A stretch of DNA of 47,211 nt from Bacteroidia bacterium (GCA_044340865.1 JBIISW010000001.1:1-47211), one strand, 5' to 3'; shown: positions 1 to 9,447, counted from the first letter of the stretch. Made by a program: numbers and translations. Notes: generated by a model not told the origin, from the letters alone.

Positions 1-497
1 CACATGAAACTACAGTTAATGACGCGTTTTTAGTCAGTTTTAACTCAAGCGGAGTAAGACAAAGCGGCACCTATTACGGTGGTGTCAGAGCTGTCTGCAC
101 TACCGATGCTTCAGGCAATGTTTACATGACGGGATATACACAATCTAATTCGGGTATAGCCACAGCAGGAGCGCATCAAACCGCTAATGGAAATAATGGT
201 TACAGCGATGCTTTCTTAGTAAAATTTAGTGGCATAAGTGTGGGTATTAATGAAACTATAAATGATAAATTATTTTCAATTTACCCTAACCCTACCCAAA
301 GTATAGTTAACGTAAAAGCAGACACCAAGCTTATTGGCGCTGTTTACAACATATATGACAACACAGGCAAAGTGGTTTTATCAGGGAAAATAAATACTGA
401 AAACACAAGCGTTGATTTGGAAAAATTAGCGGCAGGTATTTATTTGTTCAGTATAGGAGAAAATGTGAAACAGACATTTAAAGTGATTAAGGAATAA
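1..497 (+). CDS. T9SS type A sorting-domain secreted protein with SBBP-type beta-propeller repeats (5'-truncated by the window edge)
   Basis: Frame 3 is open from the window edge (HETTVNDAFLVSFNSSGV...GNVYMTGYT), so the Met at 126 in the ORF track is internal. The DAFLVxF and GNVYxTG motifs are SBBP-like repeats. The last ~75 aa (FSIYPNPTQSIVNV...AGIYLFSI...FKVIKE) match the Por_Secre_tail / T9SS type A C-terminal domain pattern. Confidence 0.75.
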   Translation, partial: HETTVNDAFLVSFNSSGVRQSGTYYGGVRAVCTTDASGNVYMTGYTQSNSGIATAGAHQTANGNNGYSDAFLVKFSGISVGINETINDKLFSIYPNPTQSIVNVKADTKLIGAVYNIYDNTGKVVLSGKINTENTSVDLEKLAAGIYLFSIGENVKQTFKVIKE

Positions 498-511
498 GCC
501 AGCCCTTAACA

Positions 512-570
512 GCGTGCAAGCGCCATAACCCTGCCGCAGGCGCAACACAGGGTTACGAGCGCCTGCACGC
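512..570 (+). terminator. GC-rich extended imperfect hairpin just after the upstream CDS (putative factor-independent terminator or other structured element)
   Basis: GCGTGCAAGCGCC-ATAACCCTG-CCGCAGGCGCAACA-CAGGGTTAC-GAGCGCCTGCACGC. The outer arms GCGTGCA/TGCACGC and GCGC/GCGC pair, as do the inner arms TAACCCTG/CAGGGTTA. It sits 15 nt after the stop at 495-497. It is strongly GC-rich against an AT-rich background. No T-tract follows directly. Confidence 0.35.
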
Positions 571-672
571 AAACCGTTAAAAGGCATACTCAACCTCAAA
601 AAAACGTAATACTTTTTAATTATAAAACAATTCAATACTTAAGTTGTTTTACTTAAAAATCGTATCATTACA

Positions 673-1794
673 GTGATGGAAAATATGAATAAAAAAGGGT
701 TTGCATTTAAAACCTACGAGGCACCTTTCATTTCTCCTTTCGATAAACTATTCGATATTTTTAAGGAATTGATTGTAACCACTTCTGGCGATTTTGATGA
801 AGCCATTGATTGGTTGCGCCTATTAGATAAAGAATACAAACTCACCGATGAAAAATATACTGTTGACGATTTTATTGAAGACCTCAAACAAAAAGGCTAC
901 ATCAAACAAGATGTAAAACCTGATGGTTCGGGAGGAATGGCCATTACCTCAAAAACAGAACGAGCGATTCGGCAAGATGCCCTCGATCAAATTTTTGGAA
1001 AGTTACAGCGTTCTGGTAATGGAAATCATAAAACTAAATACGCTGGGAATGGCGATGAACAAACGGGTGAATTTAGAGCCTACAATTTTGGCGATTCTAT
1101 AGATAACATTTCGCTTACCGAAAGTTTACGGAATGCTCAAATAAATAATGGCGTTGACGATTTTACCCTTACCGAAAATGACTTAGTAGTGGAAGATGCG
1201 CAATACAAAGCTCAAATGAGCACTGTATTGATGATAGACATTAGCCACAGCATGATTTTATATGGCGAAGATAGAATTACACCAGCCAAAAAAGTAGCCA
1301 TGGCATTGGCCCAACTCATTACAACACGTTACCCAAAAGATACCATTGATATTTTAGTATTTGGAAATGATGCTTGGTCAATTCCCATTAAAGACCTACC
1401 CTATTTAACAGTTGGTCCTTACCATACTAACACCGTTGCTGGCCTACAATTAGCCATGGATATTTTGCGAAGAAAACGAAATACCAATAAACAAATTTTT
1501 ATGATCACCGATGGAAAACCAAGCTGCGTGAAAGAAAAAGATGGCCGGTATTACATGAATAGCAACGGATTAGATCCATACATTGTAGAACAGTGTTATA
1601 ACCAAGCACAACAAGCACGTAAACTGCATATTCCAATTACCACGTTTATGATTGCACGTGATGCCTACTTGCAAGAGTTTGTAGATAATTTTACAATAGC
1701 TAATCAAGGCAAAGCGTTTTACACAGGAATAAAAGGATTAGGTGAAATGATATTTGAAGATTACGAAACCAATAGAAAAAAGAAATTAAAATAA
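673..1794 (+). CDS. VWA domain protein (ChlD/CoxE-like, intact MIDAS motif)
   Basis: MIDAS residues are visible: D189-I-S191-H-S193 (nt 1237-1251), then HTNT and MITDGKPS. The GTG at 673 is the first start; ATG at 676 or 685 are alternatives. The stop overlaps the start of the next gene by 1 nt (TAATG). Confidence 0.8.
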   Translation: MMENMNKKGFAFKTYEAPFISPFDKLFDIFKELIVTTSGDFDEAIDWLRLLDKEYKLTDEKYTVDDFIEDLKQKGYIKQDVKPDGSGGMAITSKTERAIRQDALDQIFGKLQRSGNGNHKTKYAGNGDEQTGEFRAYNFGDSIDNISLTESLRNAQINNGVDDFTLTENDLVVEDAQYKAQMSTVLMIDISHSMILYGEDRITPAKKVAMALAQLITTRYPKDTIDILVFGNDAWSIPIKDLPYLTVGPYHTNTVAGLQLAMDILRRKRNTNKQIFMITDGKPSCVKEKDGRYYMNSNGLDPYIVEQCYNQAQQARKLHIPITTFMIARDAYLQEFVDNFTIANQGKAFYTGIKGLGEMIFEDYETNRKKKLK

Positions 1795-3248
1795 TGATTA
1801 TGAAAATTGAAAATATAAAAACACTTGGTGAGCTTAAAAAATCAGGCTATGTTTCTAAAAGCATCAAAGATGAATTAAGACATAATTTAAGAGAGAAAAT
1901 AAAATCAGGTAAACCTGTTTTTGAAGGTGTGCATGGATTTGAAAATACGGTGATACCAGAATTGGAAAGAGCCATCTTGTCTCGTCATAATATTAACTTG
2001 CTTGGCTTGCGCGGACAAGCAAAAACAAGGTTGGCAAGAAAGATGATTGAATTGTTGGATGAATATATGCCCATCGTAGAAGGCTCAGAAATAAATGATG
2101 ATCCATTGAATCCCATTTCACGTTATGCAAAAGAATTGATAGCTGAAAAAAAAGATAAAACACCTATAAGTTGGATACATAGAAACGAGCGGTTTTTTGA
2201 AAAACTAGCCACACCTGATGTAACTGTAGCGGATATTATTGGAGACGTTGATCCCATTAAAGCTACTAATTTAAAACTGTCTTATGCCGACGATAGAGTC
2301 ATTCATTATGGCATGATACCAAGAGCCAACCGTTGCATTTTTGTGATTAATGAATTACCCGATTTACAAGCAAGAATACAAGTAGCCTTATTTAATATAT
2401 TGCAAGAAGGTGATGTGCAAATAAGAGGTTATAAAGTGAGACTTCCACTCGACATGCAATTTGTGTTTACGGCAAATCCTGAAGATTATACCAATAGAGG
2501 AAGTATTGTTACTCCATTAAAAGATAGAATAGGCTCACAAATATTGACACATTACCCGGAAACGATTGAAATAGCTCGTATGATTACGGCTCAAGAAGCT
2601 AAGCTGAACGACATGCAAACGAATTCAGTGTATGTTCCATCATTAGCAAAAGATATTTTAGAACAAATTGGTTTCGAAGCGCGCGAAAGTGAATTCATAG
2701 ATAGCAAAAGTGGTGTAAGTGCGCGAATGAGCATTACAGCCTATGAAAACTTAATTAGCACAGCTGAACGAAGATCATTAAAATTAGGAATAAATAAAAC
2801 GTCTGTTCGATTGGCCGATTTCATGGGAATTATTCCTGCTATTACAGGCAAGGTTGAATTGGTGTATGAAGGAGAGCAAGAAGGCGCTGCAAGCGTAGCG
2901 CAAAAATTAATTTCTGATGCTGTGTTTACCTTGTTTCCTGGTTATTTTCCTAAGATAGAAAAGCTAGAAAAAGAGCCTACTAAAAGTGTATATGCAAACA
3001 TCATAGAATGGTTTTCTAATGAACTTGGCATAGAATTATTGGATGATGCTAGTGATGAAGACTATAAAAAAGAGTTAGACTCAATAAAGCCATTAAACGA
3101 GTTGATAAAAAAATACCAGCCAGAGGCGAGCAAAGAAGATACCTACTTTTTAAAAGAGTTTGTGCTTTGGGCCTTGGTTGAAAATAAAAAACTAAGCAAG
3201 GATAGATTTACAGAAGGATTTCAGTTTAATGATTTGTTCAAGAGGTAA
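1794..3248 (+). CDS. AAA+ ATPase of the Mg-chelatase subunit I (ChlI/BchI)-like / MoxR-like type
   Basis: Walker A-like GLRGQAKT (aa 71-78). The segment ANRCIFVINELPDL aligns by eye to the ChlI ANRG-LYVDEVNLL Walker B region. FTANPEDYTNRGSIVTPLKDRIG resembles the ChlI NPEE...LRPQLLDRFG sensor/arginine-finger region. It is translationally coupled to the upstream VWA gene. Confidence 0.8.
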   Translation: MIMKIENIKTLGELKKSGYVSKSIKDELRHNLREKIKSGKPVFEGVHGFENTVIPELERAILSRHNINLLGLRGQAKTRLARKMIELLDEYMPIVEGSEINDDPLNPISRYAKELIAEKKDKTPISWIHRNERFFEKLATPDVTVADIIGDVDPIKATNLKLSYADDRVIHYGMIPRANRCIFVINELPDLQARIQVALFNILQEGDVQIRGYKVRLPLDMQFVFTANPEDYTNRGSIVTPLKDRIGSQILTHYPETIEIARMITAQEAKLNDMQTNSVYVPSLAKDILEQIGFEARESEFIDSKSGVSARMSITAYENLISTAERRSLKLGINKTSVRLADFMGIIPAITGKVELVYEGEQEGAASVAQKLISDAVFTLFPGYFPKIEKLEKEPTKSVYANIIEWFSNELGIELLDDASDEDYKKELDSIKPLNELIKKYQPEASKEDTYFLKEFVLWALVENKKLSKDRFTEGFQFNDLFKR

Positions 3249-3392
3249 ATTAACCTCATGTTGAACTTTTGCTGAGCGCACCAAAATAAAAAGAATAGTA
3301 GTTAGATGCCCATACCTTATTTTAGTCAATCAATACTTTTCTAAAAAGAAAATTTTATCTTTATCAGAAAATGGCAAAAGCCCGATGAAATT

Positions 3393-4043
3393 ATGTTGAA
3401 ACAAATAAAAGTATCGGTGTTAATGACTGTTTTTAATACCAATTTAGTGTATACAAAAAGAGCTATAGACTCGGTGCTAAATCAAGATTTCCAAGATTTT
3501 GAGCTGATTATTATTGACGATGGTAGCAAGGAAAACAACAGAGAATCCTTAATGGATTATGTTGAAAAATACGAGGACAAAATCAGCTATATCCGTCACA
3601 GCAACCGTGGACAATCAGAATCCGTAAACCGTGGGGTTTTATATAGTTTGGGCGAATACATTACCATTATAGATAGCGACGACGAATACAAATCGAATCA
3701 TTTGAGCACTTGCTTAAAAGAAATAAACGAATTGGACTTAATTTGTTCAACCACAGAAACAATAGTTGATGACGATAACGATTATTATGTGCCCGATAAA
3801 AACGACCAAACGAAACTCATACATTTAGACGAAGTCATTTTGTTTGGCACCTTATTCGGAAGGAAAAAAGTATTTACTACAATTGATTTCAAAACGGGGT
3901 TTGCAGCCGATGCCGATTTTTATGAACAGGCCAATAAACTATTCCGTGTAAAAAAACTTGACTTGCGTACCTATGTTTATCACAGAAATATTCCGAATAG
4001 TATTTGTGCAACTATCAAAAAAGCGAATTTGATTAAACCTTAA
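3393..4043 (+). CDS. Glycosyltransferase family 2 (short, 216 aa)
   Basis: The N-terminal VSVLMTVFNTNLVYTKRAIDSVLNQDFQDFELIIIDDGS plus IIDSDDEY (DxD) is the classic GT2 GT-A signature. Confidence 0.8.
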   Translation: MLKQIKVSVLMTVFNTNLVYTKRAIDSVLNQDFQDFELIIIDDGSKENNRESLMDYVEKYEDKISYIRHSNRGQSESVNRGVLYSLGEYITIIDSDDEYKSNHLSTCLKEINELDLICSTTETIVDDDNDYYVPDKNDQTKLIHLDEVILFGTLFGRKKVFTTIDFKTGFAADADFYEQANKLFRVKKLDLRTYVYHRNIPNSICATIKKANLIKP

Positions 4044-4045
4044 AT

Positions 4046-4813
4046 ATGACTTTCGAATCGCCGTTTACTCAGATAGATACTAATTTAGTAATGGCTTGTC
4101 ATATAACTGGTGTGCATGATGTAAACCGCAACACGACTCTTGTAGACGATTCTTACAAATTAGTTAAAGATTGGGCTGAATCCATAACTGCTGCTAACTT
4201 AAAGGGTATAATTTTTCATAATAACTTCTCAGAAGAAACATGTAAATCTTTTGAAAATGATTCGATTTCTTTCATTAAAATCGAATATGACAACCAATAC
4301 AATCCCAATGTATTTCGTTATTTTATTTACCGTAATTTTTTACAGCAACATATCAAACAAATAAAAGGTGTTTTCATGACTGATATTACCGATGTTGTGC
4401 TCGTTAATAATCCGTTTAAAGACACACTTTTTATTGAAAATCCAACTTCTCTTTTTTGTGGCGACGAACCTAAAACCTTGCACAACGATTGGATGATTGC
4501 TCATAGTGAAAATTTGCGAAAAAACATACAAGATTATGCCACATACGAAAGCACATTTGGCGAAGAGACCTTGTTGAATTGCGGAGTTATTGGAGGTTCA
4601 GCTTCGTTAATATTAGATTTTTTACAACAACTTTCTGCGATTCACCAAAAAGCAAATTGCGAAAATAAAACGGCTTATACTGGCGACATGGGTGCATTCA
4701 ATTATTTAGTTCGTACCCAATTTAATTATCAACTCATACATGGAGCACCAGTAAACACAGTTTTTAAATTGCATGAAAACGAACGAAGCGATTGCTGGTT
4801 TAGGCATAAATAA
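4046..4813 (+). CDS. Hypothetical protein, possibly a second GT-A-fold nucleotide-sugar transferase
   Basis: Its ATG lies 2 nt after the GT2 stop. VFMTDITDVVLVNNPF (DxD-like) and LLNCGVIGGS resemble nucleotide-diphospho-sugar transferase motifs. I do not recognise the family confidently. Confidence 0.5.
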   Translation: MTFESPFTQIDTNLVMACHITGVHDVNRNTTLVDDSYKLVKDWAESITAANLKGIIFHNNFSEETCKSFENDSISFIKIEYDNQYNPNVFRYFIYRNFLQQHIKQIKGVFMTDITDVVLVNNPFKDTLFIENPTSLFCGDEPKTLHNDWMIAHSENLRKNIQDYATYESTFGEETLLNCGVIGGSASLILDFLQQLSAIHQKANCENKTAYTGDMGAFNYLVRTQFNYQLIHGAPVNTVFKLHENERSDCWFRHK

Positions 4814-4932
4814 TTGAATGCAATTCATTGTAAATTTTACTTTCAGATGAATTAGAAAGTGATTATAAAAAAAGAAAATGGTGATTGAAGAATATAATAA
4901 AATTCGAAATCGTCATTCAATAATCCGATTTA

Positions 4933-5367
4933 CTATTTATCTAACAAATCCGCTACGTGTTTGTCAATAATAAAAGTAAAATCATTTTCCGAAATATTTT
5001 CTAAATCAACCCAGCGCATCGATTGAGCGCCTTCTTTTATTTCTTTAAAATCAAACAATTCTGAAGAAATTGAGAAATCAAAGGATTCTGTTGGTTTTAC
5101 TAAATAATAAACACTGATGATTTGACTTTGGTTACTAAAGGCAGAGTTAACAAAAAAATCAGTTGTATAAAAATGAGATAAAATTTCAATATTCAAATTA
5201 AGCTCCTCTTTAAATTCACGCATCAAACATTCTTTGGTTCCTTCGCCGTATTCTAATCCTCCACCAGGAAACTTAGTAATATTATTTCCTTTGATGTATT
5301 CATCAGACACCAACACTTTGCCGTTTTGAATTAAAATTCCATATACTCTTACATTAATATGCGTCAT
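4933..5367 (-). CDS. NUDIX hydrolase
   Basis: Nudix box GGGLEYGEGTKECLMREFKEELNL (GX5EX7REUXEEXGU). Confidence 0.85.
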   Translation of the reverse strand: MTHINVRVYGILIQNGKVLVSDEYIKGNNITKFPGGGLEYGEGTKECLMREFKEELNLNIEILSHFYTTDFFVNSAFSNQSQIISVYYLVKPTESFDFSISSELFDFKEIKEGAQSMRWVDLENISENDFTFIIDKHVADLLDK

Positions 5368-5424
5368 ACTACAAAGCTAAACTTTAAGCCATTTAAAAAC
5401 ACAAAAAGTAAAATAGCTTATCAA

Positions 5425-6495
5425 CTACTTTTTGCTGAAATAATTGAAATTAGTAGTAATACCAAAGGTATGCGCGTTACCCGTCAAGGCATACTTAGAA
5501 AAACCGTAATTAAAATGGAATTTATACACTTTAAAACAAAAACCAAGTGATAAACCGTTAGCTGTTTTTTTATCGGATAACACCATTTCTTTACCAGTTT
5601 TAAAATTATAAGCCACTCGTAAATTAAAGTTTTTAGAGATAACAATTTCAGTTCCTATAACTAAGTGCCTGCCAAATTTATCCAATCCCTTTCTGAAATT
5701 ATCATTTCTAATTTCTCGCTTTGTTTTTACAATGGGTTTATTTGTAAAAGGATCTATGTTCGAATTTTGCACCGAAGGATTATCATAAGTCAAATCCCAT
5801 TTTAAAAGTTGATCATACAAAACAAGTAATCGAAAAGGTGCTTTGTCTAATTTTTTACTTAGTCCGATTTGAACATTGGAAGGTAATTTTTCTTTCTCTC
5901 CAGTTCCAGTGTATGTTCGCCATTGAGAACCATAATTTTTAGCAAGAAGTGTAACCGTTAAGTTATCTTTTGTATGATACGTTAAACCAACATCTACAGC
6001 ACTACCCAAAGCATAATAACTATCAAAATGAGAATAAATGGTTTTTAGTGTGGCTCCAATTGATAATGTACTATCTTCATTAAATGGTTTGGCTACGCTG
6101 AAATTTAAAGAGTAATCAGCGGCTTTAAACGTTCCTGTTTTTTCATCATAATCATCTCTTCCATCAAAATTACCGTAATTAAAATACTGTAATCCTGCTG
6201 CAAAGGTAAATTTATCTTTAACTTGATGGGCATACATGACATTACCATAACTTAAATCCGAAACATAATTAACATGATTATAGGCTAATTGCTTTTTCAT
6301 ACTTGGATTTAGTAAAGCTGGATTACTTGAGGCTAAATTAACATCATCGTCCCAAATAGCGTTGGTTGCTCCGCCTAATGCTGCAGACCTCGCTGGCACC
6401 TGTAAATCAAGCAAACGAAATGCTTTTGTACCACCAATTTGGGCAGGCAACGTAAATGCTAAACTTAAAAAAATATAGAAGCTAATGAGTTTCAC
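5425..6495 (-). CDS. porQ: Type IX secretion system outer-membrane protein PorQ
   Basis: Signal peptide followed by AQIGGTKAFRLLDLQVPARSAALGGA...SSNPALLN, the characteristic PorQ N-terminal motif. Size is ~350 aa. The rest has beta-barrel-like alternating hydrophobicity and ends in an aromatic-rich C-terminus. Confidence 0.7.
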   Translation of the reverse strand: MKLISFYIFLSLAFTLPAQIGGTKAFRLLDLQVPARSAALGGATNAIWDDDVNLASSNPALLNPSMKKQLAYNHVNYVSDLSYGNVMYAHQVKDKFTFAAGLQYFNYGNFDGRDDYDEKTGTFKAADYSLNFSVAKPFNEDSTLSIGATLKTIYSHFDSYYALGSAVDVGLTYHTKDNLTVTLLAKNYGSQWRTYTGTGEKEKLPSNVQIGLSKKLDKAPFRLLVLYDQLLKWDLTYDNPSVQNSNIDPFTNKPIVKTKREIRNDNFRKGLDKFGRHLVIGTEIVISKNFNLRVAYNFKTGKEMVLSDKKTANGLSLGFCFKVYKFHFNYGFSKYALTGNAHTFGITTNFNYFSKK

Positions 6496-6548
6496 TGTGT
6501 ATAATTACGAAAAAAAATGAGATATATTGCTTAAGTAGAGAAAATAAT

Positions 6549-8258
6549 TTATTCGGAAACTCGTATTTCTTCAATCATTAATTGGATGGTCGTTTGTCCC
6601 CTAAATTCATTTTCTTTAATCTTGTAAACGATATCAACTGGGATTTTACGCTGCAAAAAGTTTAAAAAATCACCTTTATTAAAAGCAATAGCCTCAATTT
6701 TTGTTAATTGTGCATTGGGTTGATAAACCTCTAACTTCAAATGATTTTGCCCAACAATTTTTGCAAATCCGGTATCTAAAACCCCTTTACTATAAAATAC
6801 GGGAGTCATATTATGTGGTCCATGAGGTGCAAACTGTTTTAAAATACGAAGCAATTTATCATTGATATCATCTAATTTCAATTCCAAGTCAATTTCAACT
6901 GTTGGCGTTAGCATGTCTGCTTTTATGGTTCGAGCAACTTCATTTTCGAAAGCTTCTACAAACGCTTTCACATTGTTTGGCTTCATGGTTAAACCAGCTG
7001 CAAATTTATGTCCACCAAATTGTTCCAATAAATGACTACAATTTTCGATGGCGGTATATACATCAAAATCTTTTACACTTCTTGCGGAGCCTGAAACGAC
7101 ATCATTTGAGAGCGTTAATACAATGGTAGGTTTATAAAATTTTTCAATTAAACGAGATGCTACAATACCAACTACACCCTTGTGCCAAGATGGATTGTAT
7201 AAAACAACTGATTTTTTAAATGGCGTAATAGGATCGAGTTCTAACATTTCGATAGCTTCATCGGTAATGCTTACATCTAAATCTCTTCGGTGCAAATTAG
7301 TATCATTAATTTTTACTGAAAATGCTGAAGCTTCTTCTGTTGAAGAAATTAATAATTCAACGGCCTTCGACCCATGCTCTATTCTACCAGCCGCATTGAT
7401 ACGCGGTGCAATAGTAAAAACTAATGTACTAACATCTAATACTTTGTTGTCACTTTTTCCAAAGGCAAGTAAGGCTTTAATACCAGGACGCGGATTGGCA
7501 TTTAATTGTTTTAATCCATAATGAGCCAATACTCTGTTTTCATCCGTAATTGGAACAACATCTGCTGCAATACTTGTAACTACTAAATCTAAAAAATGAT
7601 AAACGGTTTCAATGTCAATATTATTCTTAATACAAAATGCTTGGGCTAATTTAAAACCAATACCACAACCTGATAATTCTTTGTAAGGATAATCACAATC
7701 TATTTGTTTAGGATCTAAAACTGCAACTGCCTTTGGAATAATTACTCCTGGCAAATGATGATCACAAATAATAAAATCTATTTGTCGTTCATTAGCATAA
7801 TCAATTTTATCATTGGCTTTAATACCACAATCTAATGCAATGATTAGGCTATAATTATTCTCTTTAGCATAATCAATACTTTTAAATGAAATACCATAGC
7901 CTTCGCTATATCTATCTGGAATATAATATCGAACTTCATGAAGGTAAGACTTAAAAAAACTATATACCAAAGCAACAGCAGTTGTTCCGTCTACATCATA
8001 ATCGCCAAATATTAATACTTTTTCGTTGTTATCAATCGCCTTGTTAATTCGATGAATGGCCGTTTCCATTCCTTTCATTAAAAAAGGATCGTGCAACGAA
8101 TTTAAATTTGGTCTAAAAAAAGTTTTTGCTTCGTTAAACGTCGATATTCCTCTTAAAGCTAACAGCTTAGCAATTGTTTCATCCACAACTAAATTTTGTT
8201 GTAATTCGGAAACTACTTCGGCAGAATAATGCGTATGTGTGAGCCACTGTTTTTTCAA
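6549..8258 (-). CDS. recJ: Single-stranded-DNA-specific exonuclease RecJ
   Basis: DHH family motifs are present (IFGDYDVDGTTA, LDCG, ICDHH), followed by DHHA1-like GGHKFAAG. Length is 569 aa. Confidence 0.9.
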   Translation of the reverse strand: MKKQWLTHTHYSAEVVSELQQNLVVDETIAKLLALRGISTFNEAKTFFRPNLNSLHDPFLMKGMETAIHRINKAIDNNEKVLIFGDYDVDGTTAVALVYSFFKSYLHEVRYYIPDRYSEGYGISFKSIDYAKENNYSLIIALDCGIKANDKIDYANERQIDFIICDHHLPGVIIPKAVAVLDPKQIDCDYPYKELSGCGIGFKLAQAFCIKNNIDIETVYHFLDLVVTSIAADVVPITDENRVLAHYGLKQLNANPRPGIKALLAFGKSDNKVLDVSTLVFTIAPRINAAGRIEHGSKAVELLISSTEEASAFSVKINDTNLHRRDLDVSITDEAIEMLELDPITPFKKSVVLYNPSWHKGVVGIVASRLIEKFYKPTIVLTLSNDVVSGSARSVKDFDVYTAIENCSHLLEQFGGHKFAAGLTMKPNNVKAFVEAFENEVARTIKADMLTPTVEIDLELKLDDINDKLLRILKQFAPHGPHNMTPVFYSKGVLDTGFAKIVGQNHLKLEVYQPNAQLTKIEAIAFNKGDFLNFLQRKIPVDIVYKIKENEFRGQTTIQLMIEEIRVSE

Positions 8259-8313
8259 AGCTTCGAGATTACAAAATTAACGGTTACAATTTGAATGAAT
8301 TTACTTATATTGG

Positions 8314-9027
8314 TTAAGCTATATTATGATAAACAGACATGATATCATCATCATCTTCCATTTTATTTATCATTTTTTCAAATTCAATTTCTTGCTCTTC
8401 AGTTAATTCTTTAGTGATATTTGGGATAAATGTTTTAATGGTTTCTTTTACCATGTATTTTTTTTCTTCTAAACCAGCTTGCATCATACCAAAATCTGTG
8501 AAAGCAACTTGTACAATTAATTCATTCGTTTCATCATCCCACGTTAATTCTTCAGCACCAAAATCAATCAAATCTAACTCTACATCGTCTTTATTTAAGC
8601 CAGTTGAATCTATTTTAAATAGGCCTTTTCGATCAAACATAAAACTTACTGAGCCAGTTGTACCGACTGAACCATTGGATCGACTAAAATAAAGCCTTAA
8701 ATTAGCAATCGTACGTGTTGGATTATCAGTTGCACATTCAACCAAAACAGGCACTCCAAAAGGACCATAACCTTCATAAATAACTTCATCGTAGCTACCA
8801 GTATCTTTTTCTGAGGCACGTTTAATAGCCGCATCAATATTTGCTTTTGGCATATTTACAGCCTTTGCATTAGCTATACAAATTCTTAATCTAGGATTTA
8901 AATCAGGCGTCGGGCCACCAGCCTTTACTGCCATTACAATTTCTTTACCAATTTTAGTAAATTGCTTTGCCATTTTAGCATAACGCTTAAACATGGTTGC
9001 TTTGCGGGTTTGAAAAATACGTCCCAT
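8314..9027 (-). CDS. YebC/PmpR family DNA-binding transcriptional regulator
   Basis: MGRIFQTRKATMFKRYAKMAKQFTKIGKEI...YEGYGPFGVPVLVECATDNPTRT is the conserved YebC-family sequence pattern. Length is 237 aa. Confidence 0.9.
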   Translation of the reverse strand: MGRIFQTRKATMFKRYAKMAKQFTKIGKEIVMAVKAGGPTPDLNPRLRICIANAKAVNMPKANIDAAIKRASEKDTGSYDEVIYEGYGPFGVPVLVECATDNPTRTIANLRLYFSRSNGSVGTTGSVSFMFDRKGLFKIDSTGLNKDDVELDLIDFGAEELTWDDETNELIVQVAFTDFGMMQAGLEEKKYMVKETIKTFIPNITKELTEEQEIEFEKMINKMEDDDDIMSVYHNIA

Positions 9028-9116
9028 AATAAAAATCTTAAAAATTTATAATTTCCGACAAATTTAGTATAAAAAACATGATACTTTAAATACATTTGTT
9101 TTAAATATTAACCATT

Positions 9117-9431
9117 ATGTCCTCAAATCAAACGTTAAGTGTTTTTCAAATTCATATCACTTTACCAAATATGTTTAATCAGCAATTTACTGCGTTAATT
9201 CCTGAGCAAAGAAGAGTCGTTAATAAATTATTAGCGGCACAAGTCATTTTAAGTTATGCGTTGGATATGGAACGTCAAAATTTATGGATCACTATTCAAG
9301 CCAAAAATCAATTGCAGGTGATGGATGTTTTATCTACATTTCCGATTATCAAAGAAGTCAAAGTAGACATTTTTGAATTAGCTTTTTTTGATACAGTACC
9401 TGCCAGTATTCATGAATTTATTATGAATTAA
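9117..9431 (+). CDS. Hypothetical protein (104 aa)
   Basis: Clean ORF in an otherwise unoccupied interval. I recognise no motif. Confidence 0.45.
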   Translation: MSSNQTLSVFQIHITLPNMFNQQFTALIPEQRRVVNKLLAAQVILSYALDMERQNLWITIQAKNQLQVMDVLSTFPIIKEVKVDIFELAFFDTVPASIHEFIMN

Positions 9432-9447
9432 TGGTGATAAAAAAATG

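Noticed and set aside
426-635. 69-aa minus-strand ORF spanning the GC-rich hairpin
   Set aside because: It overlaps the well-supported T9SS CTD coding end on the other strand. Its Arg/Ala/Gly-rich translation is just the reading of the GC-rich palindrome. There is no start context.
5359-5550. 63-aa plus-strand ORF bridging the NUDIX-PorQ gap
   Set aside because: It overlaps both flanking minus-strand genes, and the translation is basic and low-complexity.
6902-7521. Two plus-strand ORFs (75 and 113 aa) inside recJ
   Set aside because: They are antisense shadow ORFs within a gene whose DHH/DHHA1 motifs are unambiguous. Their products are low-complexity.
8339-8692. 117-aa plus-strand ORF antisense to the YebC-family gene
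   Set aside because: The Ser/Ile-rich translation is typical of an antisense frame in AT-rich DNA. The YebC frame is strongly supported.
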